Shown here piece by piece: positions 46,268 through 55,224 of a DNA stretch of 64,000 nucleotides (position 1 is its first letter; every line of letters starts with the position of its first letter). Below the pieces are notes generated by a model, which ran no database searches, had not been told where the DNA came from, and saw only the letters and a list, made by a program, of their open reading frames with translations. The stretch comes from a virus, in IMG/VR virus record IMGVR_UViG_3300032053_000011, positions 64,001 to 128,000 of that record. The stretch is one strand, 5' to 3'. A program made the translations under genes and the position numbers.

Positions 46268-46459
46268 ATGCTCAAACTTGCTGCTCTGCTCTCCATGCTC
46301 GCTCTCAGTGCTTGTGTGCCGCCCGCGGCCACTCCCGACGTCCTGGACGCCACCGCCGTGGAGGCATCGACGGTCGACGCCTCGGCCGAGGTGACCAGCG
46401 ACGAGCCCGCGCCGCGGCCCGACGGCGAGCTGCCGATGGATGCGCGCGTCGACTTCTGA
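46268..46459 (+). CDS. Small lipoprotein
   Basis: MLKLAALLSMLALSAC lipobox followed by an acidic DA-rich stretch. Confidence 0.55.
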   Translation: MLKLAALLSMLALSACVPPAATPDVLDATAVEASTVDASAEVTSDEPAPRPDGELPMDARVDF

Positions 46460-46513
46460 GCGGCACTCTGCACGCAGGGTGACGGCGTCGCCGCGGGCGG
46501 CGATACTGCGCAA

Positions 46514-47170
46514 GTGCCCAAGCTGATCAAATGCCCGGAATGTGGACAGGCGTTGTCCGAACGGCGCATGCACGCTCACCGCGGGCTCCAGTGTCAGGTC
46601 GCTTGCGCAGAATCCAAGGCACGCGCCGAAGGACTCGATCGGCTCGACTCCGAATGGAGTGGCTGGCTGAACGAACTGTACGACACTGGCATGCGAATCG
46701 AGCGACGACCGACGGGTCTACCGGATCTCCATGGCTTCGGCGCCTACGAGCGCGCGGTTGAGGAATGGTGGACCGAGGCTTGGATCGCCAGGATCGCATC
46801 CTGGGAAGGGCTGTATCAGAACCAGAAGCGGGCTGCGGTTCGGCGTCTCATCGCAGACCCGGCCATGCTTGCCGATGCACGCGCACACATCGGGGCCTGT
46901 GCCTCGACCGTATTTACCGAGCAGGCAACAGTGCACCTGATCTCGGCGACCGGCGCCGAGGTGATGATGAAGGAACAGCCCGGCCTCCGGTGGATTCTGG
47001 TGTTCGACGATGACGGCCAGATCGTCGACTCTTTCCTTGGTGCACGCATGGGGAAGTACGAGCATGAGGGAAAGTTTCCCCCGTTGCACATCGTGCTCGC
47101 AGTGATGCCAGTGATTGAACAGTTCGCTCGGTGCAACGCGATGTTCAACTGGCTTGCAGGGACGCGATGA
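46514..47170 (+). CDS. Array paralogue 1 (C2HC Zn finger)
   Basis: CPEC-x11-H-x4-C; WWTEAW; FPPLHIV...IEQFARCNAMFNWLAG. Confidence 0.8.
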   Translation: MPKLIKCPECGQALSERRMHAHRGLQCQVACAESKARAEGLDRLDSEWSGWLNELYDTGMRIERRPTGLPDLHGFGAYERAVEEWWTEAWIARIASWEGLYQNQKRAAVRRLIADPAMLADARAHIGACASTVFTEQATVHLISATGAEVMMKEQPGLRWILVFDDDGQIVDSFLGARMGKYEHEGKFPPLHIVLAVMPVIEQFARCNAMFNWLAGTR

Positions 47171-47952
47171 GCGCGCGCGTACGCTGCGAGGTCTGCGACG
47201 TGAACGTCGCATACAAAGGCTTGCGAGCGCATGAGCAGACGACCGGGCATCAGGAAGCGGCGCCGTTGTTCCTCGCATCGCGCGCGGCAGAAGCACAGGC
47301 ACACAATGACGGCCTCGACCGTCTGATCGATTTCGACTTCGCGCCGTACGACCAGGATGCTTTGTCGACTGCGAGCGCAGGCCATGATCGGCTGACGCCG
47401 GTCTTCGATGCCCTTGGTATTCCAGTTCTCGCGTTGCCAACCGGATTCCATCGCGGCACTCGATACAGCCACCGCTATGACGAGTTGTGGACCGTGTGGT
47501 GGGCAGCGAATGTCGCTAACTGGAAAGAGGTCGAGTTCAAGACGCGTGTCCGCGCGCTCGAGCGTCTTGCGGCCGAGCCGAACCTCCGCGAGTACGTGCG
47601 CGACTGGCCCCCCGTCATCGGCATGAGCGTCCGCCTCGTTGGCCTGGAATTCTCAAGCGGGCACGCCATCGCCGGAACTGCGCGAAGGGCCGGGATGCAA
47701 GTCTGGGTCAGCCAACCCGGGTCAGCGCATCTGATGATCTTGCTGGATCCGTCGGACAAGTGGACGTCCGTGGAATCCTGGGACCTCACTTTCAGCCCAC
47801 ACGGAGAGATCCTGGAGTTCCGGTCGAGCCATTGGCCACAGCACGAAGAGATGCCGATGCCGCCGCTGAACGTGATGATCGAAACTCAGGGTGCGATCGA
47901 GAAGTTCGCCCGGTGCAGTGCCACGATCCGTTGGCTGGCAGGTGGCACGTGA
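47167..47952 (+). CDS. Array paralogue 2 (C2H2 Zn finger)
   Basis: CEVC-x11-H-x5-H; WTVWWA..VANW; PPLNVM...IEKFARCSATIRWLAG. Confidence 0.8.
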   Translation: MSARVRCEVCDVNVAYKGLRAHEQTTGHQEAAPLFLASRAAEAQAHNDGLDRLIDFDFAPYDQDALSTASAGHDRLTPVFDALGIPVLALPTGFHRGTRYSHRYDELWTVWWAANVANWKEVEFKTRVRALERLAAEPNLREYVRDWPPVIGMSVRLVGLEFSSGHAIAGTARRAGMQVWVSQPGSAHLMILLDPSDKWTSVESWDLTFSPHGEILEFRSSHWPQHEEMPMPPLNVMIETQGAIEKFARCSATIRWLAGGT

Positions 47953-48644
47953 GCGCGACGTACTGCGAGGTCTGTGGCATGAAGGTCGCGCCCCATGGGA
48001 TGTGGGCTCACAAACACACCGCGGAGCATCTGAGGGCCGTGCCAGTGGTGCAGGCAGCTCAGGCTGAGACCGAGAATGCCGCTGCCGCTGGGCTGGTCCG
48101 ACTATATTACGCCGCCGAATTCTACGATCATCTCGCTGCAATCGGCGTCCGAACAGAGATGCTACCAACGTCGGTCGAGCACGAATCGGCGCGCGGCAGA
48201 GTTCGGCCACTACGTCAGCCATGGACAGAAGCCTGGGCTGGAGCAATCGCCAATTGGGATGCTGTGGATACCAAGACTCGCAAGCGCGCGCTGGCACGTG
48301 TGGCAGCCGATCCAGCGTTGCGTGCATCCGTGCCCGAGTGTCAGCAGGACGTAGACTTGCCGGGCGCTCGCGTGTCGCTCAAGAGCTTCGAGTGGAATCC
48401 TAGCGCGATGGCAACAATCTCGACTGAGCGCGAGCACGGACGGATCGCCGGTAGCAGCATGTGGAACCTCTACTTCGATGAAGTCGGACACATCCTGGAG
48501 ATCACGCGATGTGAGATCCCGCATCTGCGAATCGCAACGCACGACGCTGCGCCACCATTGCACCTGATGGTTCAGGCAGTGGACATCATCGAGCACTTCG
48601 CGCGCTGCAACGCTGCCATCCGTTGGCTGGCAGGTGCGCCGTGA
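47949..48644 (+). CDS. Array paralogue 3 (C2H2 Zn finger)
   Basis: YCEVC-x11-H-x5-H; WTEAWAGAIANW; IEHFARCNAAIRWLAG. Confidence 0.8.
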   Translation: MSATYCEVCGMKVAPHGMWAHKHTAEHLRAVPVVQAAQAETENAAAAGLVRLYYAAEFYDHLAAIGVRTEMLPTSVEHESARGRVRPLRQPWTEAWAGAIANWDAVDTKTRKRALARVAADPALRASVPECQQDVDLPGARVSLKSFEWNPSAMATISTEREHGRIAGSSMWNLYFDEVGHILEITRCEIPHLRIATHDAAPPLHLMVQAVDIIEHFARCNAAIRWLAGAP

Positions 48645-49384
48645 GCGCGACGTACTGCGAGGTCTGCAAGACGAAGGTCATGTCCGGCGGCATGCGTGCG
48701 CACGAGCGTTCAGCGGGGCATCAACGCACGGCGCCGCTGGCGGCCGAGGCGAGACTTGCGACAGAGCAGGCGATCGCTCAGGGACTCGTTCGAATGACCG
48801 AACACGACTTCTCGAACTGGGATACTGGGACGCCATTTCTCGATTCCATTGGAGTGCGCACGGAACGGTTGCTCACCTCGTATGCGCGCAGCCGGAACCA
48901 TAGCTGGAAGTATCCAGAATGGTGGACCGAGGCCTGGGCAGCACCGATCGCTGACTGGCGAGGTCTCGACGTCGCCACTCGCGAACGGGCGCTCGCGCGA
49001 GTGGCTGCTGATCCGAGTCTGCGAGCCTACGTGCCGCACTGCCCGCTTGTCTTGGAATTCCAGGGTGTAACAGTGACCATCAACCACAAGCGCTACGTGC
49101 AAGATATGGCGATGTTGTCTGATGAACACGCGGCGGGCGCAGACGGGCTATCCATGGCAACAATCTCGATCTCGGGGCACGGACGCGGCAACACGAACAT
49201 GTGGCACGTCCACTTCGACGGCACCGGGAGCATCGTGGATATCGTCCCGTTCCGTGTCCCACATCTCGAGATCAACACGCCGGAGGATGCCCCGCCGCTG
49301 AGCGTGATGGTCGAGGCTCAGGGCGCGATCGAGCACTTCGCGCGCTGCAATGCTGCGATCCGATGGCTGGCAAGCGATGCATGA
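48641..49384 (+). CDS. Array paralogue 4 (C2H2 Zn finger)
   Basis: YCEVC-x11-H-x5-H; WWTEAWAAPIADW; IEHFARCNAAIRWLAS. Confidence 0.8.
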   Translation: MSATYCEVCKTKVMSGGMRAHERSAGHQRTAPLAAEARLATEQAIAQGLVRMTEHDFSNWDTGTPFLDSIGVRTERLLTSYARSRNHSWKYPEWWTEAWAAPIADWRGLDVATRERALARVAADPSLRAYVPHCPLVLEFQGVTVTINHKRYVQDMAMLSDEHAAGADGLSMATISISGHGRGNTNMWHVHFDGTGSIVDIVPFRVPHLEINTPEDAPPLSVMVEAQGAIEHFARCNAAIRWLASDA

Positions 49385-49745
49385 AGAGAGCTTCATCATC
49401 GGCGAGCATGTGATCGGTTTGCGTTGGCTCGAACGCAAGGGCGAGAGCGCGTTCTATAGAGGCGCTGGCCTCTTCTGGTTTCCTGGGTTCCCCATCGGTG
49501 TGCTCGGTGGTCGCTACTTTTCTTACCAGCGGGGAACCTTCCACCGGGACGAATTGTTCCCAGAGGGCCACGGAGTGGGCAGGAACTTCGATGATTTCAA
49601 GTCGTTGTCGGCGCACCATCAGAAAGCAGTGCGGCCGATGCTCCGTAGATTCTACGAGCTCGTCGGGGTAACGCCCGAGGCTCTCCAGATGATGGGGCTC
49701 GCAGGCTACATCGTACTCGAACAGATGGTTAAGGGTGCTGCATGA
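49377..49745 (+). CDS. Unrelated hypothetical protein inside the array
   Basis: Overlaps both neighbours; lacks the array motifs. Confidence 0.55.
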   Translation: MHEESFIIGEHVIGLRWLERKGESAFYRGAGLFWFPGFPIGVLGGRYFSYQRGTFHRDELFPEGHGVGRNFDDFKSLSAHHQKAVRPMLRRFYELVGVTPEALQMMGLAGYIVLEQMVKGAA

Positions 49746-50302
49746 GCCGGAAGACCGAAGACTTCGAGAAATCCTACTACGCGGCGGAGCGTTTCGCTCC
49801 GCTGCTGAGGGAGCTTGGAATCCCCGTCATCATGTTGCGCGATCCGGCGAACGCCGGACGTGGATATGACGATCGGCCCGTGCCACATGTCCCGTTCTGG
49901 GCAGTCCGAGTCGTCAACTGGATGGGGTTGAGCGTGGCGGAGATAGAGACAGCGTTGCGGCGGTTGGCCGCCGAGCCAGCCTTGCGGGCGACCGTGCGCG
50001 GCCTCGTCCAGGTCATGCGAACGGATACGGTCACAGTCGCTCTTCAGAGCACGTCATTCATGCGAGATCGAGAGGGTAGGTTCCCGACAGAGATGTTCGC
50101 GCAGGTGTGGACCAATGATCGGAACATTGGAGAGTGGGAGGTCCACTACGATCGCACCGGTGCGATTCTCAAGATTGGGCCGCGCTCGAGAGCGGGGGGG
50201 GAGATTGTCCCCATGCCGCTGCATATTGCGGTCGTCGTCCAGCAGGCCATCGAGGAGTTCGTGCGGGGCGACGCCGTGATGCACGCCTTGGGCGCGTCGT
50301 GA
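49742..50302 (+). CDS. Array paralogue 5 (no Zn finger)
   Basis: WAVRVVNW...ALRRLAAEPALR; MPLHIAVVVQQAIEEF. Confidence 0.75.
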   Translation: MSRKTEDFEKSYYAAERFAPLLRELGIPVIMLRDPANAGRGYDDRPVPHVPFWAVRVVNWMGLSVAEIETALRRLAAEPALRATVRGLVQVMRTDTVTVALQSTSFMRDREGRFPTEMFAQVWTNDRNIGEWEVHYDRTGAILKIGPRSRAGGEIVPMPLHIAVVVQQAIEEFVRGDAVMHALGAS

Positions 50303-50865
50303 ACCGCTCCGAAAGATTGATCGAGTGCTATGGGGCACGACAACACGAGGCCCTGCTCACAGAGCTTGGAGTGCCGATCACCTGGAAGGCGCCGCGCATC
50401 GTCGGAGCGGGGAAGTCCGAGCTTCCGGCGCCATACATCGCTGCCTGGGCAGGCGTGATCATCTACTGGATTGGTCTCGACGACGAAGAGCGTGAACGCG
50501 TGCTCCGCCGCGTGGCCGCCGATCCAGCACTGCGGGCAATCGTTGGAGATCTCACGCAACGATTCGGCACCGACGATATTCGAGTCACTCTCAATCGCGT
50601 CCATCGGTCGGACTGGCGTTCGCATGAGCGGCTGCATAGCGATGGCTCAGGAGAGGCGTCCGTCGGTTTTGCGGATGGCCCATGGGTCGATGAACGATGG
50701 TTGGTGAGCTACGATTCGACCGGCGTCATCCTCAATATCCTGCAACACGATGACGCGCAGGTGGAAGAGATGCCATTGCACATCGCGGTCATCGTTCAGG
50801 CGGCCATCGAGGAGTTCATTCGCGGCGGCTTGCTGATGCATCAGCTCGGAGCGAAGCAGCCGTGA
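50299..50865 (+). CDS. Array paralogue 6 (no Zn finger)
   Basis: WAGVIIYW...VLRRVAADPALR; MPLHIAVIVQAAIEEF. Confidence 0.75.
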   Translation: MNRSERLIECYGARQHEALLTELGVPITWKAPRIVGAGKSELPAPYIAAWAGVIIYWIGLDDEERERVLRRVAADPALRAIVGDLTQRFGTDDIRVTLNRVHRSDWRSHERLHSDGSGEASVGFADGPWVDERWLVSYDSTGVILNILQHDDAQVEEMPLHIAVIVQAAIEEFIRGGLLMHQLGAKQP

Positions 50866-51500
50866 GCGACCACTCTGTCGAGTGCCCGATCTGTCACGAG
50901 CGCGTCGCCAGTTGGCGTGGGATGACGGCACATCAACGCGGCTTCCGCTGCATGGCCGCCCGCGCGACGAGCGAGGCGATCGCGGAGGGTCTCGGCCGTG
51001 TCGATCCACGCGACTTGGCCTCAGTCGGACTTGCATGCCAATACCGTTTCACCCGCCGCGAGAGAACAGCCCCGAGCGAATGCTGGACCGAGGCATGGAT
51101 CGCCGGGATCCTGAACTGGGTCGCGCTTCGTCGCGTGGTGCGGAGAGCTGCGGTGCGACATGTTCTGCGCGACCCGTCATTGCGAACGCGGGTACCGATC
51201 TGCCCGCCGAATACCTTCTACTTCGACGACAGCAGGATGCAGATCTGGCTCGGTCGCTCGAACGAACTTGGCTTCAAGGAGAACGATGCGCGGATGCATA
51301 TCCCGGTACCGAGTCCGCCGACCGGCGGTCCGAACTATGACGCATGGGATCTCATCTTCGATGACGATGGGTACATCGCATTCCCCGATGCGGTGGTCTA
51401 TCCACCGATGTTCGTCGTGCTCCAGGCACAGTCGGTCACGATGCAATGGGCCGCCTGCTCGGCGGCCATCCGCGCGCTGGCCGAGGGCGAGATACTGTGA
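50862..51500 (+). CDS. Array paralogue 7 (C2HC Zn finger)
   Basis: CPIC-x12-H-x5-C; WTEAWIAGILNW; YPPMFVV...WAACSAAIRALA. Confidence 0.8.
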   Translation: MSDHSVECPICHERVASWRGMTAHQRGFRCMAARATSEAIAEGLGRVDPRDLASVGLACQYRFTRRERTAPSECWTEAWIAGILNWVALRRVVRRAAVRHVLRDPSLRTRVPICPPNTFYFDDSRMQIWLGRSNELGFKENDARMHIPVPSPPTGGPNYDAWDLIFDDDGYIAFPDAVVYPPMFVVLQAQSVTMQWAACSAAIRALAEGEIL

Positions 51501-52096
51501 CGCCGTCGATCGCACTGATCGAGACGTACGTCTGGTTCAGCGCCGGTCCGATGCCGCTCGAGCTCGCGATTCAGCTCACGCCAGAGCGGCTCCACAAGCT
51601 CTGGCACCGCACTACGAACTGGCGAGCGATGCTGCGCATCCTGCTCGTCACGCGATTGCCACTAGCGCGGCTCGCGGTAGTCGAGGCTGTTGCTCTCGCG
51701 CTCGAGAAAGAGCCGCGAGTATCCAATCCAATCGACGCGCAAGGTTCGTTGTCGCTCCTGCGGATGAGAGCGGCTGAGTTGTCGGTTGGGATTCCGCTCC
51801 AGCGTGCGTCGGAGGTCGTCACGGCGCGCGCGTTCGCCAACTCACAAGCGTCATTCGATGCCCGGTTCCGCAAGCTCACGAACTCTGGACTCGTATGGGA
51901 TGCGATCTACGATGCTCTGAGAAGTCTGCTTGAGAGTGATGACCTAGTGTTCGGTCAGCCGAAGTACGCCGCCGACCGTGCCATGTGTGCGGCGGAGAAA
52001 GCTGGCGTTACCGGCGGCGAGATCCTGCATTGGCTTCGACCACTGGGGCCTCCGACGCTCGAGGAAATCGTGGCTGCGAGCTTTCAAGGCATCTAG
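51497..52096 (+). CDS. Hypothetical protein, dispersed paralogue family
   Basis: LWHRTTNWRAMLRIL; C-terminal LRPLGPPTLEEIV as in 13538. Confidence 0.6.
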   Translation: MTPSIALIETYVWFSAGPMPLELAIQLTPERLHKLWHRTTNWRAMLRILLVTRLPLARLAVVEAVALALEKEPRVSNPIDAQGSLSLLRMRAAELSVGIPLQRASEVVTARAFANSQASFDARFRKLTNSGLVWDAIYDALRSLLESDDLVFGQPKYAADRAMCAAEKAGVTGGEILHWLRPLGPPTLEEIVAASFQGI

Positions 52097-52196
52097 GCAT
52101 CCCGATCGTCGTCAGCCAGCCCATGTGACAACCAATGTCCAGCGGGCCGCAACTGCATGGTTGCCAAGACTCGTCATGGACTTCTAGGCTACCGTC

Positions 52197-52829
52197 ATGA
52201 CGGAGCGCAAAACGTATGGCGCATGGACTCGTCTCGGCCGCGAGAAACGCGAGAAACGACGCAGCGGCCGTGGCAACACGCTGTTCTGGGAATGCGAGTG
52301 CCGATGCGGGACCGTGAAGTGGGTGCGGGCATCGCAATTGAAGAACAACACATCAACCTGCTGCGGGTGCATCCGGCCTATCAAACATGGCAAGTGCGAC
52401 ACGCCCGAATACCATATCTGGGCGACCATGCTCGCGCGCTGCCGGAACCCATCATCGGACAGTTATTATCTGTACGGGGAACAGGGCGTTACCGTCTGCA
52501 CCGACTGGCTGCGCTTCGAGAATTTTCTTCGTGATATGGGTCCTCGGCCATCTCCTGAACTGTCAATCGAGAGGAAGAACAACGACGGCAACTATGAGTT
52601 GCTGAACTGCCGCTGGGCGACCGCTGGAGAGCAGTCACGAAATACGTGCAGGACAAAGCTGTTCACCATTGCCGGGAAGACACTGTGTATGAAGGACTGG
52701 GCCAAGGATCAGGGGATGGTCTATACCACGCTGCAAGGACGATTACGGCGAGGTCTCTCCATCGAGGCCGCTCTGAATCTGCCGCTTCAAGTACACAAAC
52801 CACGCCGGAACGTGGCACCAGTGCCATAG
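52197..52829 (+). CDS. HNH homing endonuclease
   Basis: WECECRCG, HG...TPEY.IW..M..RC.NP, VC..W..FE.F..DMG.RP and SIER.NNDGNY...NCRWAT..EQSRN. Confidence 0.9.
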   Translation: MTERKTYGAWTRLGREKREKRRSGRGNTLFWECECRCGTVKWVRASQLKNNTSTCCGCIRPIKHGKCDTPEYHIWATMLARCRNPSSDSYYLYGEQGVTVCTDWLRFENFLRDMGPRPSPELSIERKNNDGNYELLNCRWATAGEQSRNTCRTKLFTIAGKTLCMKDWAKDQGMVYTTLQGRLRRGLSIEAALNLPLQVHKPRRNVAPVP

Positions 52830-52833
52830 CAGC

Positions 52834-52861
52834 TTGCAACGCGCTAGCACTGTGTTACCCT
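52834..52861 (+). promoter_or_regulatory. Promoter with operator A variant ahead of the kinase
   Basis: TTGCAA-N16-TACCCT (TGn extended) with GCTAGC-ACTGT-GTTACC at 52843-52859. Confidence 0.55.
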
Positions 52862-52868
52862 GTTTCGC

Positions 52869-54443
52869 ATGCTCAACGCGGCGGCCTTGGAAGCACGGAT
52901 TGGAACGATGCTGGCTGGCAAGTATCGGCTCGATCGAATTCTTGGCATGGGTGGCATGGGCGCGGTCTTCGACGCCGAGAACACATGGCTCACACGGCGG
53001 GTTGCCGTCAAGGTTATGCACCCCGACGTGAGTCGTGATCAGGCGCTCGTGGAGCGTTTCCTACGCGAAGCAAGAGCCGCCGCACGTGTGCATCATCCGA
53101 ATGTCGTCGACGTGCTCGACTTGGGGCAGGATGCCGATGGGACTCTTTTCATCGTGCAGGAATTCTTGCCGGGGACCGACCTCGAGCATCTGATGCGAGA
53201 TCGTGGGCCGCTTCCTCCGCGTGAAGCGCTCGAGATCATCGTGCCCGTGATGAGCGCGTTGATTGCTGCTCACCGCAGCGGCATCCTGCACCGCGACGTG
53301 AAGCCCGCCAACGTGCTCCTCGCGAATTCACCAGGAGGTGGTGTTGTCCCCAAGCTTCTGGACTTTGGTATCGCGAAGGTACAGGAGTCCGTCGCATCGA
53401 AGGACCTCACACAGACCGGCGTCGCACTCGGCACAGTGCATTACTTCTCGCCCGAGCAAGCCGCGGGCGCGCGCGACGTTGATGCGCAGACCGACGTTTG
53501 GGCCCTGGCAGTGATGTTGTACGAGATGCTCTCGGGACGCTGCCCCTGGGAAGGCGAGACGGTCAACCAGATCTTCGCAGCCGTGTTGACCGCAGAAGTG
53601 CCGCCGATTCAGTCGATCGCGCCGAACGTGCCCGATGCACTCGCGGCGGTGATCATGCGTGCGCTCGAGCGCGATCGGACGGTGCGCTTCCGTTCGATGC
53701 AGGAATTCCTTGGTGCTCTGCTCGACTGCCCGACGTTCGAGAAGGAGAGCTGGCACACCACTCTGCGGGTCACCCATCAGGCAGCCACTACATCGGTCGA
53801 CGGCCCAATCGAGATGGAGCGCGAACGCCGTGGGACGGACGTGCTGCAAGTGATGCCGAGCAAGGTAACGCCGCCACGCATGACTACGTTCGGCAGGACG
53901 GCGCGCGAGATCCTCGTCCCGTCGGACAACCATCTCGATACATCATCGCTCAGCGGATTCGTCGTGATGGCCGGGTTCCTGATGCTCACCGCATTCGGGA
54001 TGACCGCAATCGGTATTGCGTTTGGGATCGGTGGACTTGGCTCCCATGCCTCCGTCCCCGCGCCGCGTCCGGCTGCGACGTTCGAAGCGGTCTTCGATGT
54101 CCCCGGCGCCACGATCGAGATCGACGGTGTGCCGATGGGCACCGGTCATGTCGCCGTGGTGCTGCCGGTTGATGGCCGCAGCCATGTCGCGCGCTGCTAC
54201 GCCCCCGGACGTGTCGAACGTCGCGTGGAGTTTCGCAACCAGCTTCCGCCGGTTCGCATCGCGCTCGAGCCAATTGCGGTTCCGCCTCTCGTCGTGGAAC
54301 CACCGACGGCAGCGCCCACCATCATTCGCCATGTCCGGGCTGCGGCGCCAGTCGCGGTCCATCCGACGCCTCCACCGCCTGCCGCGGCTCATTCCGCAAG
54401 CCGCTCGCGCAATGGCGCACCGATCCTGGGGCTCGATGAATAA
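52869..54443 (+). CDS. Hanks-type Ser/Thr protein kinase with TM helix and PEGA-like extracellular domain
   Basis: LGMGGMGAV, VAVK, HRDVKPAN, DFGIAK, GTVHYFSPEQ and DVWALAV; TM segment; PGATIEIDG...G...APG. Confidence 0.95.
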   Translation: MLNAAALEARIGTMLAGKYRLDRILGMGGMGAVFDAENTWLTRRVAVKVMHPDVSRDQALVERFLREARAAARVHHPNVVDVLDLGQDADGTLFIVQEFLPGTDLEHLMRDRGPLPPREALEIIVPVMSALIAAHRSGILHRDVKPANVLLANSPGGGVVPKLLDFGIAKVQESVASKDLTQTGVALGTVHYFSPEQAAGARDVDAQTDVWALAVMLYEMLSGRCPWEGETVNQIFAAVLTAEVPPIQSIAPNVPDALAAVIMRALERDRTVRFRSMQEFLGALLDCPTFEKESWHTTLRVTHQAATTSVDGPIEMERERRGTDVLQVMPSKVTPPRMTTFGRTAREILVPSDNHLDTSSLSGFVVMAGFLMLTAFGMTAIGIAFGIGGLGSHASVPAPRPAATFEAVFDVPGATIEIDGVPMGTGHVAVVLPVDGRSHVARCYAPGRVERRVEFRNQLPPVRIALEPIAVPPLVVEPPTAAPTIIRHVRAAAPVAVHPTPPPPAAAHSASRSRNGAPILGLDE

Positions 54444-55224
54444 CCGCATCGTCCTCGCACTCGCGCTGATCGGACTCACGCTCGTCCTTGGAGTGTTTGC
54501 TGGGTCAGCGCACGCGCAGGCCAGTGATCCAGTCACCGAACAGATCCGGCATGGGATCGCTCTGCGCGAAGCAGGTGACGATGCGTCGGCGCTGCTGGAA
54601 TTCCAGCACGCGTTCGATCAATCGCACCGACCGCTTGCCGTGGCGCAGATGGGACTGGCGGAGCAGGCTCTTGGACACTGGACTGACGCCGAGGCTCATC
54701 TGCGCGCGGCGCTGGCTGCGCAGGGAGACACCTGGATTGACCGACATCGTGACGCGCTCCAAGCCGCCTATGCCGTGATCCTCCAGCATACGGCGCCGCC
54801 AACGGAGGCGCAGCCATCACGACCGGTGGCCGCGCTTTCGCCTGCTCCGTCCCCGGCGCCGCAGGTCTCGTCCACTCGTTCGAACACCCTGCCACTCGGC
54901 CTCGCCGCCGGGGCAGTAGTATTGCTGGGAGCTGGAGTGGCTGGTGCGATCGCGCGTGAATCGATCGCGCAGTCCTACAATCGGACCTGCCGTGGGATCG
55001 GTGACCCGACTCCGAGCAACGGCTGCCTCGAGAGCGCATGGGTCGGCAGCGCCAATGGCGCGGGGGCGCTGGCAGCCACCGGGCTGATCACCGGCGGATT
55101 GCTGGCGATTGTCGCGGCGATCGTCTTCGTCCGGCCTGCATCCGAGCATTCGCACCAGCAGGCCAGGATCTGGTGCGGCAGCGGTCCTGGGGATCTTGGA
55201 ATCGCTTGTGGAGGCTCGCTGTGA
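54436..55224 (+). CDS. Secreted TPR protein with C-terminal membrane segments (myxobacterial type)
   Basis: Signal peptide AHAQA; GIALREAGDD..AL..F..A......A.AQMGLAEQALGHW..AE.HL..AL. Confidence 0.8.
   Translation: MNNRIVLALALIGLTLVLGVFAGSAHAQASDPVTEQIRHGIALREAGDDASALLEFQHAFDQSHRPLAVAQMGLAEQALGHWTDAEAHLRAALAAQGDTWIDRHRDALQAAYAVILQHTAPPTEAQPSRPVAALSPAPSPAPQVSSTRSNTLPLGLAAGAVVLLGAGVAGAIARESIAQSYNRTCRGIGDPTPSNGCLESAWVGSANGAGALAATGLITGGLLAIVAAIVFVRPASEHSHQQARIWCGSGPGDLGIACGGSL

Noticed and set aside
46514-51500. Diversity-generating retroelement or integron cassette array
   Set aside because: No reverse transcriptase or integrase recognised, no adenine-specific template/variable pair, and genes overlap with no room for attC sites.
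52197-52829. HNH gene as part of an intron or defence system
   Set aside because: Flanking genes are intact and no split gene is evident; it looks like an ordinary free-standing homing endonuclease.
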